Source: Myxococcota bacterium
Lineage (GTDB): Bacteria > Myxococcota_A > Polyangia > Nannocystales > Nannocystaceae
Direction: 5' to 3'
Assembly: GCA_039028615.1 (NCBI GenBank)
Contig: JBCCHT010000002.1
Location: 320,001 to 384,000, forward strand
DNA: 64,000 bases
Of the stretch, positions 41,747-51,767 are shown piece by piece; within the stretch, counting starts at the first letter, position 1; each line of letters starts with the position of its first letter. The notes beneath the pieces were generated by a model. The model searched no databases, was not told the DNA's origin, and was given only the letters and a program-made list of their open reading frames with translations. A program made the translations under genes and the position numbers.

Positions 41747-41771
41747 GGTCGTGTGGGCTCGCGGACGGAGC

Positions 41772-42551
41772 TCAGGAGAAGCGAGCCGTCACCGGGACGT
41801 GATCGGAGGGCACGTCCCACCCCCGCGGCTTGCGATCGTGAATGACCTCGGTGCAGCGCTCGGCCATTGCCTTGGTCGCGTAGACGTGATCGATGCGCAG
41901 CCCCTCCCCCTGCTCGTAGCCGTTGGTCCGGTAGTCGTACCAGGTGAAGTGTCCGCCCTCGGAGACGTGCCGGCGGAAGCAGTCCTCGAGCCCGAAATCG
42001 AGCAGGTTGGCCAGCGCAGCGTGCTCTTCGTCGGTAAAGAGCAGTCGTCCGCGAAAACGCTCGGCGTCGTACACGTCGCGGTCGTCGGGCGCGATGTTGA
42101 AGTCGCCCACGATCACCACCGAGCCGCCCGCGTCGTGCTTGGCGTCGAGCTCCTCTCGGAGGCGCTTCAGCCAGCGGAGCTTGTAGTGATAGGCATCCGA
42201 GCCCAGCTCGGTCCCGTTGGGCACGTAGAGGTTGTAGACGGTCAGCTCCCCCTGGGTCACCGCCAACACGCGAGGGTGCCGGTCGGCATCACCCTCGGCG
42301 AAGCCACACTGGACCGCATCGGGCTTGGTCTTGGTCAACGTGGCCACGCCCGCCAGCGCCTTGCCGCCGTGAAGCGTCACCTGATAGCCGAGCTCCATGA
42401 AGGGCACCCGCGGGAAGAGCTTGTCTTCGACCTTCGTCTCCTGCAGGCACACGATGTCGGGCTCGTGGTCGTACAAGTACGTGAGCACGTGATCGAGCCG
42501 GGCTCGGATCGAGTTGACGTTCCAGCTGGTGATCGACAGCGGGGTCGACAT
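41772..42551 (-). CDS. xth: Exodeoxyribonuclease III
   Basis: SWNVNS, LQETK, YVPNG, GDFN, RIDH, SDH. Confidence 0.95.
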   Translation of the reverse strand: MSTPLSITSWNVNSIRARLDHVLTYLYDHEPDIVCLQETKVEDKLFPRVPFMELGYQVTLHGGKALAGVATLTKTKPDAVQCGFAEGDADRHPRVLAVTQGELTVYNLYVPNGTELGSDAYHYKLRWLKRLREELDAKHDAGGSVVIVGDFNIAPDDRDVYDAERFRGRLLFTDEEHAALANLLDFGLEDCFRRHVSEGGHFTWYDYRTNGYEQGEGLRIDHVYATKAMAERCTEVIHDRKPRGWDVPSDHVPVTARFS

Positions 42552-42623
42552 GGCGGCGGAGGCTAGCAGGGCTCCCTCCCCTCGCGTAGCCAGCGCTCCC
42601 TACGCGCGCTATGCTGGCAGTCC

Positions 42624-43037
42624 GTGACTGTCGACGAGCTGGAACGCGTGCTCCGAGCCGCGACCGACGAGATCGAAGGCGAGGACGGTCGTTGGCAACT
42701 TCGACTCGGAGAAGTGCCCTTGGCCTGCATGACCGATCTCCACTTCGATCGCATGCGGATCATCGCGCCCATCGCCGAGGTCGACGAAGTCACCGACGAG
42801 CTGCGCGATCTGTGCCTCGAGGCCAACTTCCACACCGCCCTCGATGCCCGCTACGCCACGAGCGAAGGCGTGCTCTATGCCGCCTTCATCCATCCTCTTT
42901 CGCCGCTCGATGCCGAGCAGGTCGAGTCTGCCATCCGTCAGGTTGCCAGCCTGGTCGAGACCTTCGGCACGACCTTCTCCAGTGGAGAGCTGGTCTTCGG
43001 CGATCCCCCGCCGGGCCAGGGCGGCCTGATGAACTGA
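42624..43037 (+). CDS. YbjN/CesT-like chaperone-fold protein
   Basis: Small acidic protein; RMRIIAPI, LEANFHTALDARYA pattern. Confidence 0.7.
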   Translation: MTVDELERVLRAATDEIEGEDGRWQLRLGEVPLACMTDLHFDRMRIIAPIAEVDEVTDELRDLCLEANFHTALDARYATSEGVLYAAFIHPLSPLDAEQVESAIRQVASLVETFGTTFSSGELVFGDPPPGQGGLMN

Positions 43038-43389
43038 CACCGCAGTTCGCAGGCAGCGATCGGGCTGCGCGAAGTCGGGCCCTCTGAGGAGTGAGCCCCT
43101 CTGCTCGATATCGCGCCGCCCTCGCGTGGCATCGAACCCCTCGGTCTCGCCGACAGACGGTGTGCCCTGCCCATCGCGACGCGCGTACCGCGGACCGCCT
43201 CGGTAGATCGCCGTCGTGCGCGATTATGTGCAGGAACCCCGTACGTCCTCGTATTCGGGCACTGAGGGAGATCTCCTCGAATGAATGAGCACAGTCACAC
43301 ACCGTTCGAATCCGGCTTCTGAACAACGGTCAGCGAGATAATCTTGTGCTCTACGCAACGGTCGCGTCCTGTTTTCATGTGTGCGCATC

Positions 43390-43493
43390 TCCTTCCATCC
43401 CGTACCCTGGACCCATCAACTCATCCGGGTAACCAGATGGGCTGATGAGCGCCTCGCACGCGCTCCCAGGGGCCGGGGAAACACAAGAAGGAA
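43390..43493 (+). ncRNA. Candidate structured 5' leader (three-way junction with GNRA hairpin)
   Basis: CCCTGG/CCAGGG encloses a long hairpin capped by GUAA and a GAGCGC/GCGCTC hairpin; TCCTTC can pair with the RBS. Confidence 0.35.
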
Positions 43494-43497
43494 GACG

Positions 43498-45264
43498 ATG
43501 CGGATGGCTGACTCACAGTTGAAGAATGTTCTCGGAATTGTCGCGGCATTTGCGCTCCCCATCGTGGGGGTGGGCTGCGCGGCTGACGACACGGGGGACG
43601 AGCTCGAGGGCTTCGACCAAGATCGAATCATCGAGATCAGCAACGAGAGCACCTGTGTGACGCTCATTGCGGGCAAGAAAGCCAACGCTGGCACGGTCTG
43701 CACGTCCATCGACAACACGGTCGACACCTCCGCCCAGTGTGGCGAGGGAGCAGCCGGCGTCATGAACGTCACCTTCGAAACGACCGGTCCCTGGGAGCTG
43801 GTCAAGGCCCGCATCGGCGTGGGCAAGGGCATGGAGGACATTCCGACCACGCGACGGGGACGCGTGAAGAAGAATCAGCTGCCCTACCAAAGCGGTGACA
43901 TCGAGGGCGCGACCAGCCAGAGCTTCGCCGTTCCGCTGTGCGAGCTCGGCCTCGATGCGGCGGACACCGAGTGCGACCCGCTCAAGGCCCACGTCGTCGC
44001 CCACGCCCGCGTTCGCAAGCAGCGTCGCAACGGCACCTACCGCTACAAGGGTGCCTGGGCCGACGGCATCTCGCTCGGCCGCCGCCGTCGCTGGGGCAAG
44101 TTCTTCACCATGGAGCTGACCTGCTCCGAGGGCGAGACCCCGCCCCCGCCCCAGGCTCAGTGCGAGACCGCCTTTGCGGCGGGCCCGGGCGCCACCTGTT
44201 TCTTGGGCGCCGACTTCGACGGTGACGGCCACGACGACGGCCACGGCAACTGGGGCTGGACCAACGGTCCCGTCGCCCCCGGCACCTCGACGCAGTGGCC
44301 CGTCTACGCGTCGGTCGGCGGCTGCGATCCCACGCAGGGGCAGCACGTCGGCAACCTGGGCATCTCCTACGACGGCTCCAACGCCACCGTCGTGTTCGAC
44401 CGCGTCGGCGAGATCACCCTCGACGAGGAGCAGCTGTACATCGGCAGCGAGGCGCTGGCCCGCGATGCCGACGGCGAGTTCACGGTCACGCCCGCCGACT
44501 TCCCGATCGCGGTCGACCTCGAGGACGCCACCCAGACCACGCACACCGTCTCCGGCCTCAGCGGCGACGTCCACGTCGTCTACCACGCGGTGGCGTGCGG
44601 CGAGGGCCTCGAGCCCAACGAGGATCCGCTGGCCGTGCTGACCGACGAGTTCCTCGTCGACGGCGACCTGTCCGGCTGGAGCATCCACGAGCCGAACACC
44701 GCCGACGTCAAGGTCGAGGACGGTGCGCTCATCATCGAGCCCTTCGGCAACACCCAGTGGTACGCCACCGACGAAGCGATGCAGGTCTACAAGACCGTCG
44801 CGGGTGACTTCTCCGTCTCGGCCCACATCCAGGTGACCAACCTGGCGGGCGAGCCCGCGGCCCCCGGCGACCCGTACCGCATCGGCGGCATCATGGTTCG
44901 CGACCCGGCCAGCGAACTGCCGAACACCTACCACATGGGCATCGGCAACATGAACCAGCCCGAGGTGGTCACCGTCTCCAAGAGCACCGACGAGGGCAGC
45001 AGCAGCATCGGCACTCAGCCCTGGGGCGGCACCACGGCCGAGATGCGAATCTGTCGAGTCGGCAGCGACATCCAGTCCTTCATTCGCCTCGACGACGACG
45101 AGGGCTGGCGACTGCTCGACCACCGCACGCGCGGCGATCTGCCCTCGACCCTGGCCGTCGGCGCGATCGGCTACGCCGGAACTCCCGTGCCCGACCTCCA
45201 CGTCGAGGCGGACTACCTACAGTTCCAGACCATCACCAAGCTCGAGGACTGCTACCGCGACTAG
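43498..45264 (+). CDS. Lipoprotein with two related N-terminal beta domains and a C-terminal ConA-like/DUF1349-like domain
   Basis: RBS GAAGGA; lipobox VGVGC; C-terminal YKTVAGDF...GGIMVR...RICRVGS...WR pattern. Confidence 0.8.
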   Translation: MRMADSQLKNVLGIVAAFALPIVGVGCAADDTGDELEGFDQDRIIEISNESTCVTLIAGKKANAGTVCTSIDNTVDTSAQCGEGAAGVMNVTFETTGPWELVKARIGVGKGMEDIPTTRRGRVKKNQLPYQSGDIEGATSQSFAVPLCELGLDAADTECDPLKAHVVAHARVRKQRRNGTYRYKGAWADGISLGRRRRWGKFFTMELTCSEGETPPPPQAQCETAFAAGPGATCFLGADFDGDGHDDGHGNWGWTNGPVAPGTSTQWPVYASVGGCDPTQGQHVGNLGISYDGSNATVVFDRVGEITLDEEQLYIGSEALARDADGEFTVTPADFPIAVDLEDATQTTHTVSGLSGDVHVVYHAVACGEGLEPNEDPLAVLTDEFLVDGDLSGWSIHEPNTADVKVEDGALIIEPFGNTQWYATDEAMQVYKTVAGDFSVSAHIQVTNLAGEPAAPGDPYRIGGIMVRDPASELPNTYHMGIGNMNQPEVVTVSKSTDEGSSSIGTQPWGGTTAEMRICRVGSDIQSFIRLDDDEGWRLLDHRTRGDLPSTLAVGAIGYAGTPVPDLHVEADYLQFQTITKLEDCYRD

Positions 45265-45334
45265 GTGAGTCCTCCGGCAGACCCCTACGCGGGTCGCGAC
45301 AGACGAGGTCGCAGCGAGGTTTCGCTGCGGCCTC

Positions 45335-48322
45335 GTGCGCTTTTCGACCTTCGATCCCTTGAGCACACATCGAGCTTCGGGGGAAGCTTGGAGGCACCGA
45401 GTGAAGGATCCCACCACACACGCGCCCGCGTCGTTGTTGACGAACACGGGCAGCGCTTCTCGGTCGGGACGCCGTCGTCGCTCCAGCGATCGAAGACGCG
45501 ACCGCGAGCTGCCCAGCGGGTCTCGCCTCGGTCGCTACGTGGTGCTCTACCGCCTCGGTCGCGGCGGCATGGGGGTCGTGTACGCGGCCTACGATCCTCA
45601 GCTCGATCGCAAGGTCGCGGTCAAGGTCCTGCGTCCCAATCGCAAGCCGCAAGACGGCGAGGACGACCGCATGCTGCTCGAAGCGCAGGCCCTCGCTCGG
45701 CTCGCGCATCCCAACGTCGTCGCCGTGCACGATGCCGGCTTGATCGACGGCCAGGTCTTCGTGGCCATGGACTTCGTGGAGGGCGACACCCTGCGGCGCT
45801 GGCTCAAGGCGGCCCCTCGCTCGCGACGGGAGATCCTCGACGCCTTTCGGCAGGCCGGCGAGGCCCTGGTCGCCGCCCACTCCGCCGAGATCGTCCACCG
45901 CGACTTCAAGCCCGACAACGCGATCATCGGCCGGGAAGGTCGGGTGCAGGTGCTCGACTTCGGGCTCGCGCGGCTGCGCAGCGACACGCCCGCGAACGAC
46001 TCGATGTCGGGGCGGCGGCTGAGCACCGAGCGCAGCGGCGGATACAGCCGGGAAGACTATCGGCGCAAAGGCACGCCCGCCTACATGGCGCCCGAGCAGC
46101 ACGACCACGAGGACGTGGGACCGGCCGCCGACCAGTTCTCCTTTTGCGTCTCGCTGTGGGAGGCCCTGTGCGGGCGCCCGCCCTTTTTCGGGCGTAACGA
46201 GGTCCTGCTCACCAACATCGTCACGGGCAACTTCTCCGACTCGGGACGCAAGCTCTCCGGGCACCTACGGAAGATCCTGCGGCGCGGGCTCGCAGTCGAT
46301 CCAGGCGATCGCTACCCCTCGATGCGGGCGCTGCTCACCGACCTCGATCGAGACCCCCGTCGACGCTGGCGTCGCGTGGGCTTGGGCGTGGGCGCGCTGG
46401 TCATCGCGGGCGGGGGTGCGGCCGCCTATGCCCAGCTCGCAGCGCCCTCCGATCCCTGCACGGCGGGCACCGAGCGCATGGCCGAGGTGTGGAACGACGA
46501 GACCCGCGCCCAGGTCGACACCGCCATCGCGAACTCGAACCGCGGCCACTCCTCGCACACGCAGCAAGCCATCGGCCAGGCCGTCGACGACTACTCACAG
46601 CGCTGGGTCTCGACCTATACCGAGGCCTGCGAGGCCACCCACGTGCGGCACGAGCAGTCGGATGCCCTGCTCGATCTGCGGATGAACTGCCTCAGCCAGC
46701 GCCTCGAAGACCTGTCTGCCGTGACCACTCTGCTGGCCGACGCGGACGGAGAGGTGGCCGACCGTGCGCTGTCGACCATCGACGGGCTCTCGGTGATCGA
46801 GGGCTGCAACGACGTGCTCGCCCTGCGTGAGCGTCAGCCGCTGCCCCGGGACGAAGAGCGCCGCCGCGAGGTCGAGCGAACTCGCGGACGCGTCGCCCAG
46901 AGCCGAGCTCTCGAGCGAGCGGGTCGCCTGGACGAAGCAGTGGTGGGTGCCCGGGCGGCCCTCCGACGCGCGCGGGAGCTCGACTACGAGCCGCTCGTGG
47001 CCAAGGCCGGCCTCGCCCTCGGCACCGCCCTCGAAGCCAAGGGGGACATCGACGAAGCCAGCCAGGTGTTGCTGGACGCCGAGCTCGCGGCCGAGGTCGC
47101 GCGCGACGACGCGGTGCTCATGGAGATCCGGGTGCTGCTGGTCATGGTCGAAGGCGACCGCCAAGCTCGCACGCACTCCGGGCACATCTGGGCCCGGCTG
47201 GCCCGCGCCACGCTCGAGCGCATCGGCGGCGACCCGGGCTTCGAAGCCCTGCTCGAGAACAACGTCGCCCTCGTGCTCGAGCACGAAGCCCGGCCCGAGG
47301 ACGTGCTCGCGCACCAACGCCGGGCGATCGAGCTGGCCGAGCAAGCCGGCCTCAGCGAGCTGCGCCGCGCCTCGCTGTACAACAACCTCGCCGGGACCCT
47401 CGCGCAAGTCGGTCGCTTCGACGAAGCCCTGCAGCGAGCCCAGCAAGCACGCCTGACCTGGGAGCGCTCGCTGGGCAGCCAGCACCATCGCGTGGCCACG
47501 GCCATGGCCATGCTCGGCTACATCTACGACCTGCGCGAAGACACCCGGCAGGCGCTGCACTGGTACCAGCGCGGCTACGACCAGATCGTGCGCGAGCTCG
47601 GGGCCGACAACCCGCGCACCGCCGAGCTGCTCGCCAACCTCGCGATCAGCCAGGCCCAGCGCGGGCAGCTCGAAGAGGCCGAGGGGAGCTTCCGCCGCGT
47701 CCTCGCGCTCAACACCAAGGCCTTTGGTCCCGACCATTTCCAGGTCGCCCGCGCCCACGTCAACCTCGGCGTGCTGCTCAGCCGCCGTGGCTACTACGAA
47801 GACGCGCTCGCCGAGCAACGACGCGCCCTCGCCATCAAGGAGCGCACGCTGGACGACGACAACCCCCAGCTCGCCGCGTCGCTCCACGAGGTCGCCAACG
47901 CGCTCGAGAAGCTCGAGCGACACCACGAAGCGCTGCCGCTGCGCGAGCGAGGCCTCGACATCCTCGAGCAAGCCTACGGACGCGGGCACGCTCGGCTCGC
48001 GACCGTGCTCGCCAACCTCGCCTACAACTACCTCGAGGTGGACGACCTCGGCCATGCCCTCTCCGTCGCGAGTCGAGGGTTGGTGGTGGCCGACGATCCC
48101 TCGGTGGGCCCGGTCGAGCGGGCGTACATCCAGCTCGTGCTCGCCTCGGTGCTGAGCGCTCGCGACGAAGACCTCGACCGTGTACGCGAGCTCTTCGACC
48201 TCGCCCAGCGCTCGCTGACCGACCACGAAGCGCCCACGCAGCGGCAGCTGCTGAGCCTGCTCGCCGAGCGCCATGGCTGGGAGGTCGAAGCCAGCCCCCC
48301 GCCCTCGGCCACCGCCGGTTAG
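45335..48322 (+). CDS. Membrane Ser/Thr kinase with TPR repeats, paralog of 6679-9510 (start may be GTG 45401)
   Basis: GRGGMG, VAVK, HRDFKPDN, DFG, GTPAYMAPEQ; TM; ACEAT...LRMNCL domain; TPRs. Confidence 0.93.
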   Translation: MRFSTFDPLSTHRASGEAWRHRVKDPTTHAPASLLTNTGSASRSGRRRRSSDRRRDRELPSGSRLGRYVVLYRLGRGGMGVVYAAYDPQLDRKVAVKVLRPNRKPQDGEDDRMLLEAQALARLAHPNVVAVHDAGLIDGQVFVAMDFVEGDTLRRWLKAAPRSRREILDAFRQAGEALVAAHSAEIVHRDFKPDNAIIGREGRVQVLDFGLARLRSDTPANDSMSGRRLSTERSGGYSREDYRRKGTPAYMAPEQHDHEDVGPAADQFSFCVSLWEALCGRPPFFGRNEVLLTNIVTGNFSDSGRKLSGHLRKILRRGLAVDPGDRYPSMRALLTDLDRDPRRRWRRVGLGVGALVIAGGGAAAYAQLAAPSDPCTAGTERMAEVWNDETRAQVDTAIANSNRGHSSHTQQAIGQAVDDYSQRWVSTYTEACEATHVRHEQSDALLDLRMNCLSQRLEDLSAVTTLLADADGEVADRALSTIDGLSVIEGCNDVLALRERQPLPRDEERRREVERTRGRVAQSRALERAGRLDEAVVGARAALRRARELDYEPLVAKAGLALGTALEAKGDIDEASQVLLDAELAAEVARDDAVLMEIRVLLVMVEGDRQARTHSGHIWARLARATLERIGGDPGFEALLENNVALVLEHEARPEDVLAHQRRAIELAEQAGLSELRRASLYNNLAGTLAQVGRFDEALQRAQQARLTWERSLGSQHHRVATAMAMLGYIYDLREDTRQALHWYQRGYDQIVRELGADNPRTAELLANLAISQAQRGQLEEAEGSFRRVLALNTKAFGPDHFQVARAHVNLGVLLSRRGYYEDALAEQRRALAIKERTLDDDNPQLAASLHEVANALEKLERHHEALPLRERGLDILEQAYGRGHARLATVLANLAYNYLEVDDLGHALSVASRGLVVADDPSVGPVERAYIQLVLASVLSARDEDLDRVRELFDLAQRSLTDHEAPTQRQLLSLLAERHGWEVEASPPPSATAG

Positions 48323-49092
48323 AACAGAAGCGGGACCCCGACCCACGCCGCCAAGGCCAGGTTGCCCGCCGCGACCCAGCGATACGGCGGATAGAGCCGA
48401 AACCGTAGCCAGTAGCCGAACACCAGGCCTCCGACCATGGCGGCCGCGGGATGGCCCGCCAACGCGCAAGCGAGCATCATCGGCCAGCACAGCACCAGGC
48501 ACGTCCAGCCCAGACGCAGGCCATCCGCGAAGACGTGTCGCGCCCAGATCCATCGACGCCCGGGCAACGGACGGCCACCGTGGCAGGACCACAGCGAGCG
48601 TTCATGGGTTTTCGTGAGGGTCCAGCCCGCCGAAAAGAGGAAGAGCACTACCGCGATGGGTGCGGCGAACTTCCCGAGGGCGATGGTGACCCACGCGACG
48701 GGGTAGGCGAGCACGACCCAGGGCATCAGATAGCCCAGCACGAAGAGACCGACGCCCACGCGGCGCACATGCAGGAACGAGCGAAACGCCACTCGTCGGA
48801 TGTGGAGCACCTCGAGCGGGAGCATCATCGCGACCACCATCGCCATCCAGGCGACGGCCGAACCCGTGATCGGGCTCGCGGCGGAGCGATGGTGATGATG
48901 GTGGTGGTGGTCTCCACCGTCCATTCCGCTGGCCTGGGCCTCGAACCCGAGCCCCTGGACCATGTGCGGCAGCATCATGGCCCAGCCGACCAAGGCGAGG
49001 GCCAGGACCCACCACTCGGGATGAGCCCGGCACCAGCGCCTCAGACCAGCCCATCGATTGGAACGTGTCGACATCGCCGTTTGGCCTCTCAT
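48319..49092 (-). CDS. DUF2182-like predicted metal-binding membrane protein with His7 tract
   Basis: DHHHHHHH, WMAMVVAMMLP, GWTCLVLCWPMM, multiple TMs; ATGA overlap with tyrosinase. Confidence 0.82.
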   Translation of the reverse strand: MRGQTAMSTRSNRWAGLRRWCRAHPEWWVLALALVGWAMMLPHMVQGLGFEAQASGMDGGDHHHHHHHRSAASPITGSAVAWMAMVVAMMLPLEVLHIRRVAFRSFLHVRRVGVGLFVLGYLMPWVVLAYPVAWVTIALGKFAAPIAVVLFLFSAGWTLTKTHERSLWSCHGGRPLPGRRWIWARHVFADGLRLGWTCLVLCWPMMLACALAGHPAAAMVGGLVFGYWLRFRLYPPYRWVAAGNLALAAWVGVPLLF

Positions 49093-50492
49093 TGTGCGTA
49101 GAGGCTGAGACGACCGATACGCATCCGATCGCCCGCCGCGGGGCGCACGGGTCGGATGTCGATCGGGACCGTCGTTCGATCCGCAAGGGCCTCGACCGCT
49201 TCGGTGACGTCGAGATCCGAGCTGAGGCCCGCGCCCCCGTGCTTGTCGTCCGTGTCACTCGCCGCCGCGATCCCAAACGGAGAAACGCGTCCCACGAAGT
49301 GCCGCTCTCGCTCCTCGTCGTCGGCTCCGGCCGGGACCCCCACGTAGACGTCGAACGCTCCAACGTTGGTGTCGCTCGTCATGTGCTCGATGTGAAGGAC
49401 ATAGCGCGTCGACTCCGGGTCGTTGTTTGCGTACCGCGGCTCGAGGGGAAGCGAAGTGGCCGTCACGCCGCGGTCCATCGGCACCTCCAGCGCGGCGTCG
49501 GCCACCCCGATCATCGTGGGTTCGATGGGAGCCGATGCAGCGAAGCGGGCCGGAGGTTGGGCCTCCGCTGACGGTACGGGATCGCTGACGTCCTCGTAGA
49601 GGTATCCGAGTTCTGCCGTCTTCACGACTTCGCGGGGAGTCATCCAGTGGTCGTTGCCATTGACGTCCTTGAATCGGAACCGTTGCTCCAACCAGACGCG
49701 GCTCGTTGGGTTCTCGTTTCGAGGGCTGCGGGCGACCCACACGTCCCATAGTCGGTCGAGGTTGCAGTGGTGGGTGTAGAAGCTGGGATCCCGCGCCGAC
49801 CGATCGAAATCGGCCATGACCTCACCAACCGCCACGTGGACCGAGTTGTGCGGGTACTGTTCCAACGCCCCTTGCTCCTTCAGGTTCAGATGCTCGGTTC
49901 TGCCGATGTTCCGGCTCCCGAAGTTCTCGAACCCACTGACGAGCAAGGTGTCCTTCGTCCGAACGGATCTTTCCCCAAAGGAACGGCCGTCGTTGATGTA
50001 GCGATCCTCCAAGAACAGGTGGTTCGGCTCCGCCCGGTTCGTCCCCGTCTCGGTGGCGGTCCACTCCCGCTTGCGGAACGACTTCGGTAGCCGGCGGCGT
50101 TCTTCTTCACTCACCGCTCCGGCACCGCCCTTGCCCTGGTAGGTCCTCCAGTACGGCAGGGTCCAGTCTTTCGGCCCTTTCAGCACCTCCCCGTGCACCT
50201 CGACCCCGTCGCGGATGATCTTCGCCACGATGCTCTCGAAGTGAAGCAAGTAAATCCGATGCCAGGGCCAGATGAACCAATGGCCGTGCTGGCACTGCCT
50301 CCAGTACGGCTTCATCTGCGGCGGCAACGGTCGCTCCCGCTTGGGAACCGAGTGGATCTTCGCTTGAAACAGCCAGCTTCGATGATCCGTCTCGGGCAGG
50401 CTCTTCATGAAGCCGACCGCCCGGCTGTACCACAGCATGGTGTCGTCATTGGGGTCGGCTTCGATCGTCAGGATGTCTTTGCGTGTCTTCAT
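49089..50492 (-). CDS. Tyrosinase (type-3 di-copper polyphenol oxidase) with C-terminal domain
   Basis: CuA His in KIH, CQHG, PWHR; LPYW; CuB in PHNSVH and DPSFYTHHCNLDRLW; start MKTRKDI chosen. Confidence 0.92.
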   Translation of the reverse strand: MKTRKDILTIEADPNDDTMLWYSRAVGFMKSLPETDHRSWLFQAKIHSVPKRERPLPPQMKPYWRQCQHGHWFIWPWHRIYLLHFESIVAKIIRDGVEVHGEVLKGPKDWTLPYWRTYQGKGGAGAVSEEERRRLPKSFRKREWTATETGTNRAEPNHLFLEDRYINDGRSFGERSVRTKDTLLVSGFENFGSRNIGRTEHLNLKEQGALEQYPHNSVHVAVGEVMADFDRSARDPSFYTHHCNLDRLWDVWVARSPRNENPTSRVWLEQRFRFKDVNGNDHWMTPREVVKTAELGYLYEDVSDPVPSAEAQPPARFAASAPIEPTMIGVADAALEVPMDRGVTATSLPLEPRYANNDPESTRYVLHIEHMTSDTNVGAFDVYVGVPAGADDEERERHFVGRVSPFGIAAASDTDDKHGGAGLSSDLDVTEAVEALADRTTVPIDIRPVRPAAGDRMRIGRLSLYAQ

Positions 50493-50738
50493 GAGGTTCC
50501 GGTCCAGGCGCTCGCGATGGCTCATCGACGGGAGCTGAGAGTCGAGGCGTTGCGCTCGACTGGCGCAGGTCATCGAGGGGAGCCCAATGGCTGTTCCCCG
50601 ACCCGACCAGGACGACCAAAGATTGCTACCGAACGCCGATTTCGAGCTCAAACAGCAGATTCACGTCCACATTCGTTGGCGCACTGCCGTTCACCGAGGC
50701 AGCCCAACGGGGACCATCAGGCCCCCCGCAGCAAAGAA

Positions 50739-51767
50739 CTAAACGAGCATGTGCCGATGCAAGGGCCGGCCTTGGCCGAGTTCCTGGACGAGGTGGAACA
50801 TCAGCTCGGTAAAGCGGCTGCCTTGCCGTGAGACGGTCCGCTGAAAGACCTCGTCTTCGCGCAGCCGCACCACCATGGGCTCTTTGCCATCCTCGGTGCG
50901 CTCCAAGTACGCACGATACAGATCGAGCATCTCCTCGACCTGCGGCACATCCCGGCCCACGACGTCGGAGAGACTCCGCAGTCGCTGCAGCGGCGTGCGA
51001 CCGACCATGCTTCGAACATCCTGCCGAGTCACGCGAACGGGATCGTCGGCGGTGAGCGCCAACAGGTAGGTCAGCGCCGAGAAGCACGTCAAGCAGCGAG
51101 CGAGTCGCATCTTGTAGCTCTTATAGCGACGCTCGGCGAGCAGCACGGCGGGGCGGTCCGCAGGCGAGATGGTGGTGTCCTGCTCGAGCTCCAGTCGTTT
51201 GTCGCGAAGCCGCGACTCGTGGTTGAGCAAGACGATCCGCCAGTAGCGAACGATGTCGTTGACGAGCACGAAGGGCAGATAGTCGCTCGAGTGCAGGTCT
51301 TCGTTGAGCCAGTAGGCGTCGAGGATCTTGTCGACGATGGTGTCGTGGGCGGGCTGCCCCATGAGCACTCGGCTCTCGAGCAACAAGAGCATGCGCTTGG
51401 TCAGCACGCCGCGACCATCGTCTTGCGGATCTCCGAGCAAATCGAGCAGCTCGGTGGCGCGCACGGGCTGGAGGTACTTGCCGTCCCCGTCCAGGGCGGG
51501 CAATCCGGCGGCGGCGTTGGCCGTGCGCACGGCGGTCACGAGCGGGGTGAGCTGCCGGGGTTCGTCGTCGATGCGCGCGATGTAGGCGTCGAGGTCGCTG
51601 CCCTTGCCCATCTCACCGCGCCCACAGGAGCCGGTGGCGTAGACGCAGGTGTGCTCGCCGATGAGCTCGGGGACACGTTCACCGAGCTGCGCGTCGAGGC
51701 TCCGCTGCAAGGCGGCGACCTTGTCTTCCGTGCGTTGGCGTCGTCGCTCGAATACCTCGCCGTCCAT
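50739..51767 (-). CDS. Pol-beta superfamily nucleotidyltransferase with helical C-terminal domain
   Basis: ATGSCGRGE....SDLD (GS...DxD); LTKRMLLLLES and NDIVRYWR segments. Confidence 0.85.
   Translation of the reverse strand: MDGEVFERRRQRTEDKVAALQRSLDAQLGERVPELIGEHTCVYATGSCGRGEMGKGSDLDAYIARIDDEPRQLTPLVTAVRTANAAAGLPALDGDGKYLQPVRATELLDLLGDPQDDGRGVLTKRMLLLLESRVLMGQPAHDTIVDKILDAYWLNEDLHSSDYLPFVLVNDIVRYWRIVLLNHESRLRDKRLELEQDTTISPADRPAVLLAERRYKSYKMRLARCLTCFSALTYLLALTADDPVRVTRQDVRSMVGRTPLQRLRSLSDVVGRDVPQVEEMLDLYRAYLERTEDGKEPMVVRLREDEVFQRTVSRQGSRFTELMFHLVQELGQGRPLHRHMLV

Noticed and set aside
43304..43313. GTTCGAATCC, tRNA T-loop-like motif
   Set aside because: Flanks do not form a 5-bp T stem and no acceptor, D or anticodon arms are evident
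43442..43481. CTGATGAG followed by a hairpin, resembling a hammerhead core or the 3' end of a fluoride riboswitch
   Set aside because: No GAAA directly after the stem, and the 5' GAUGG..UUC element of the fluoride motif is absent
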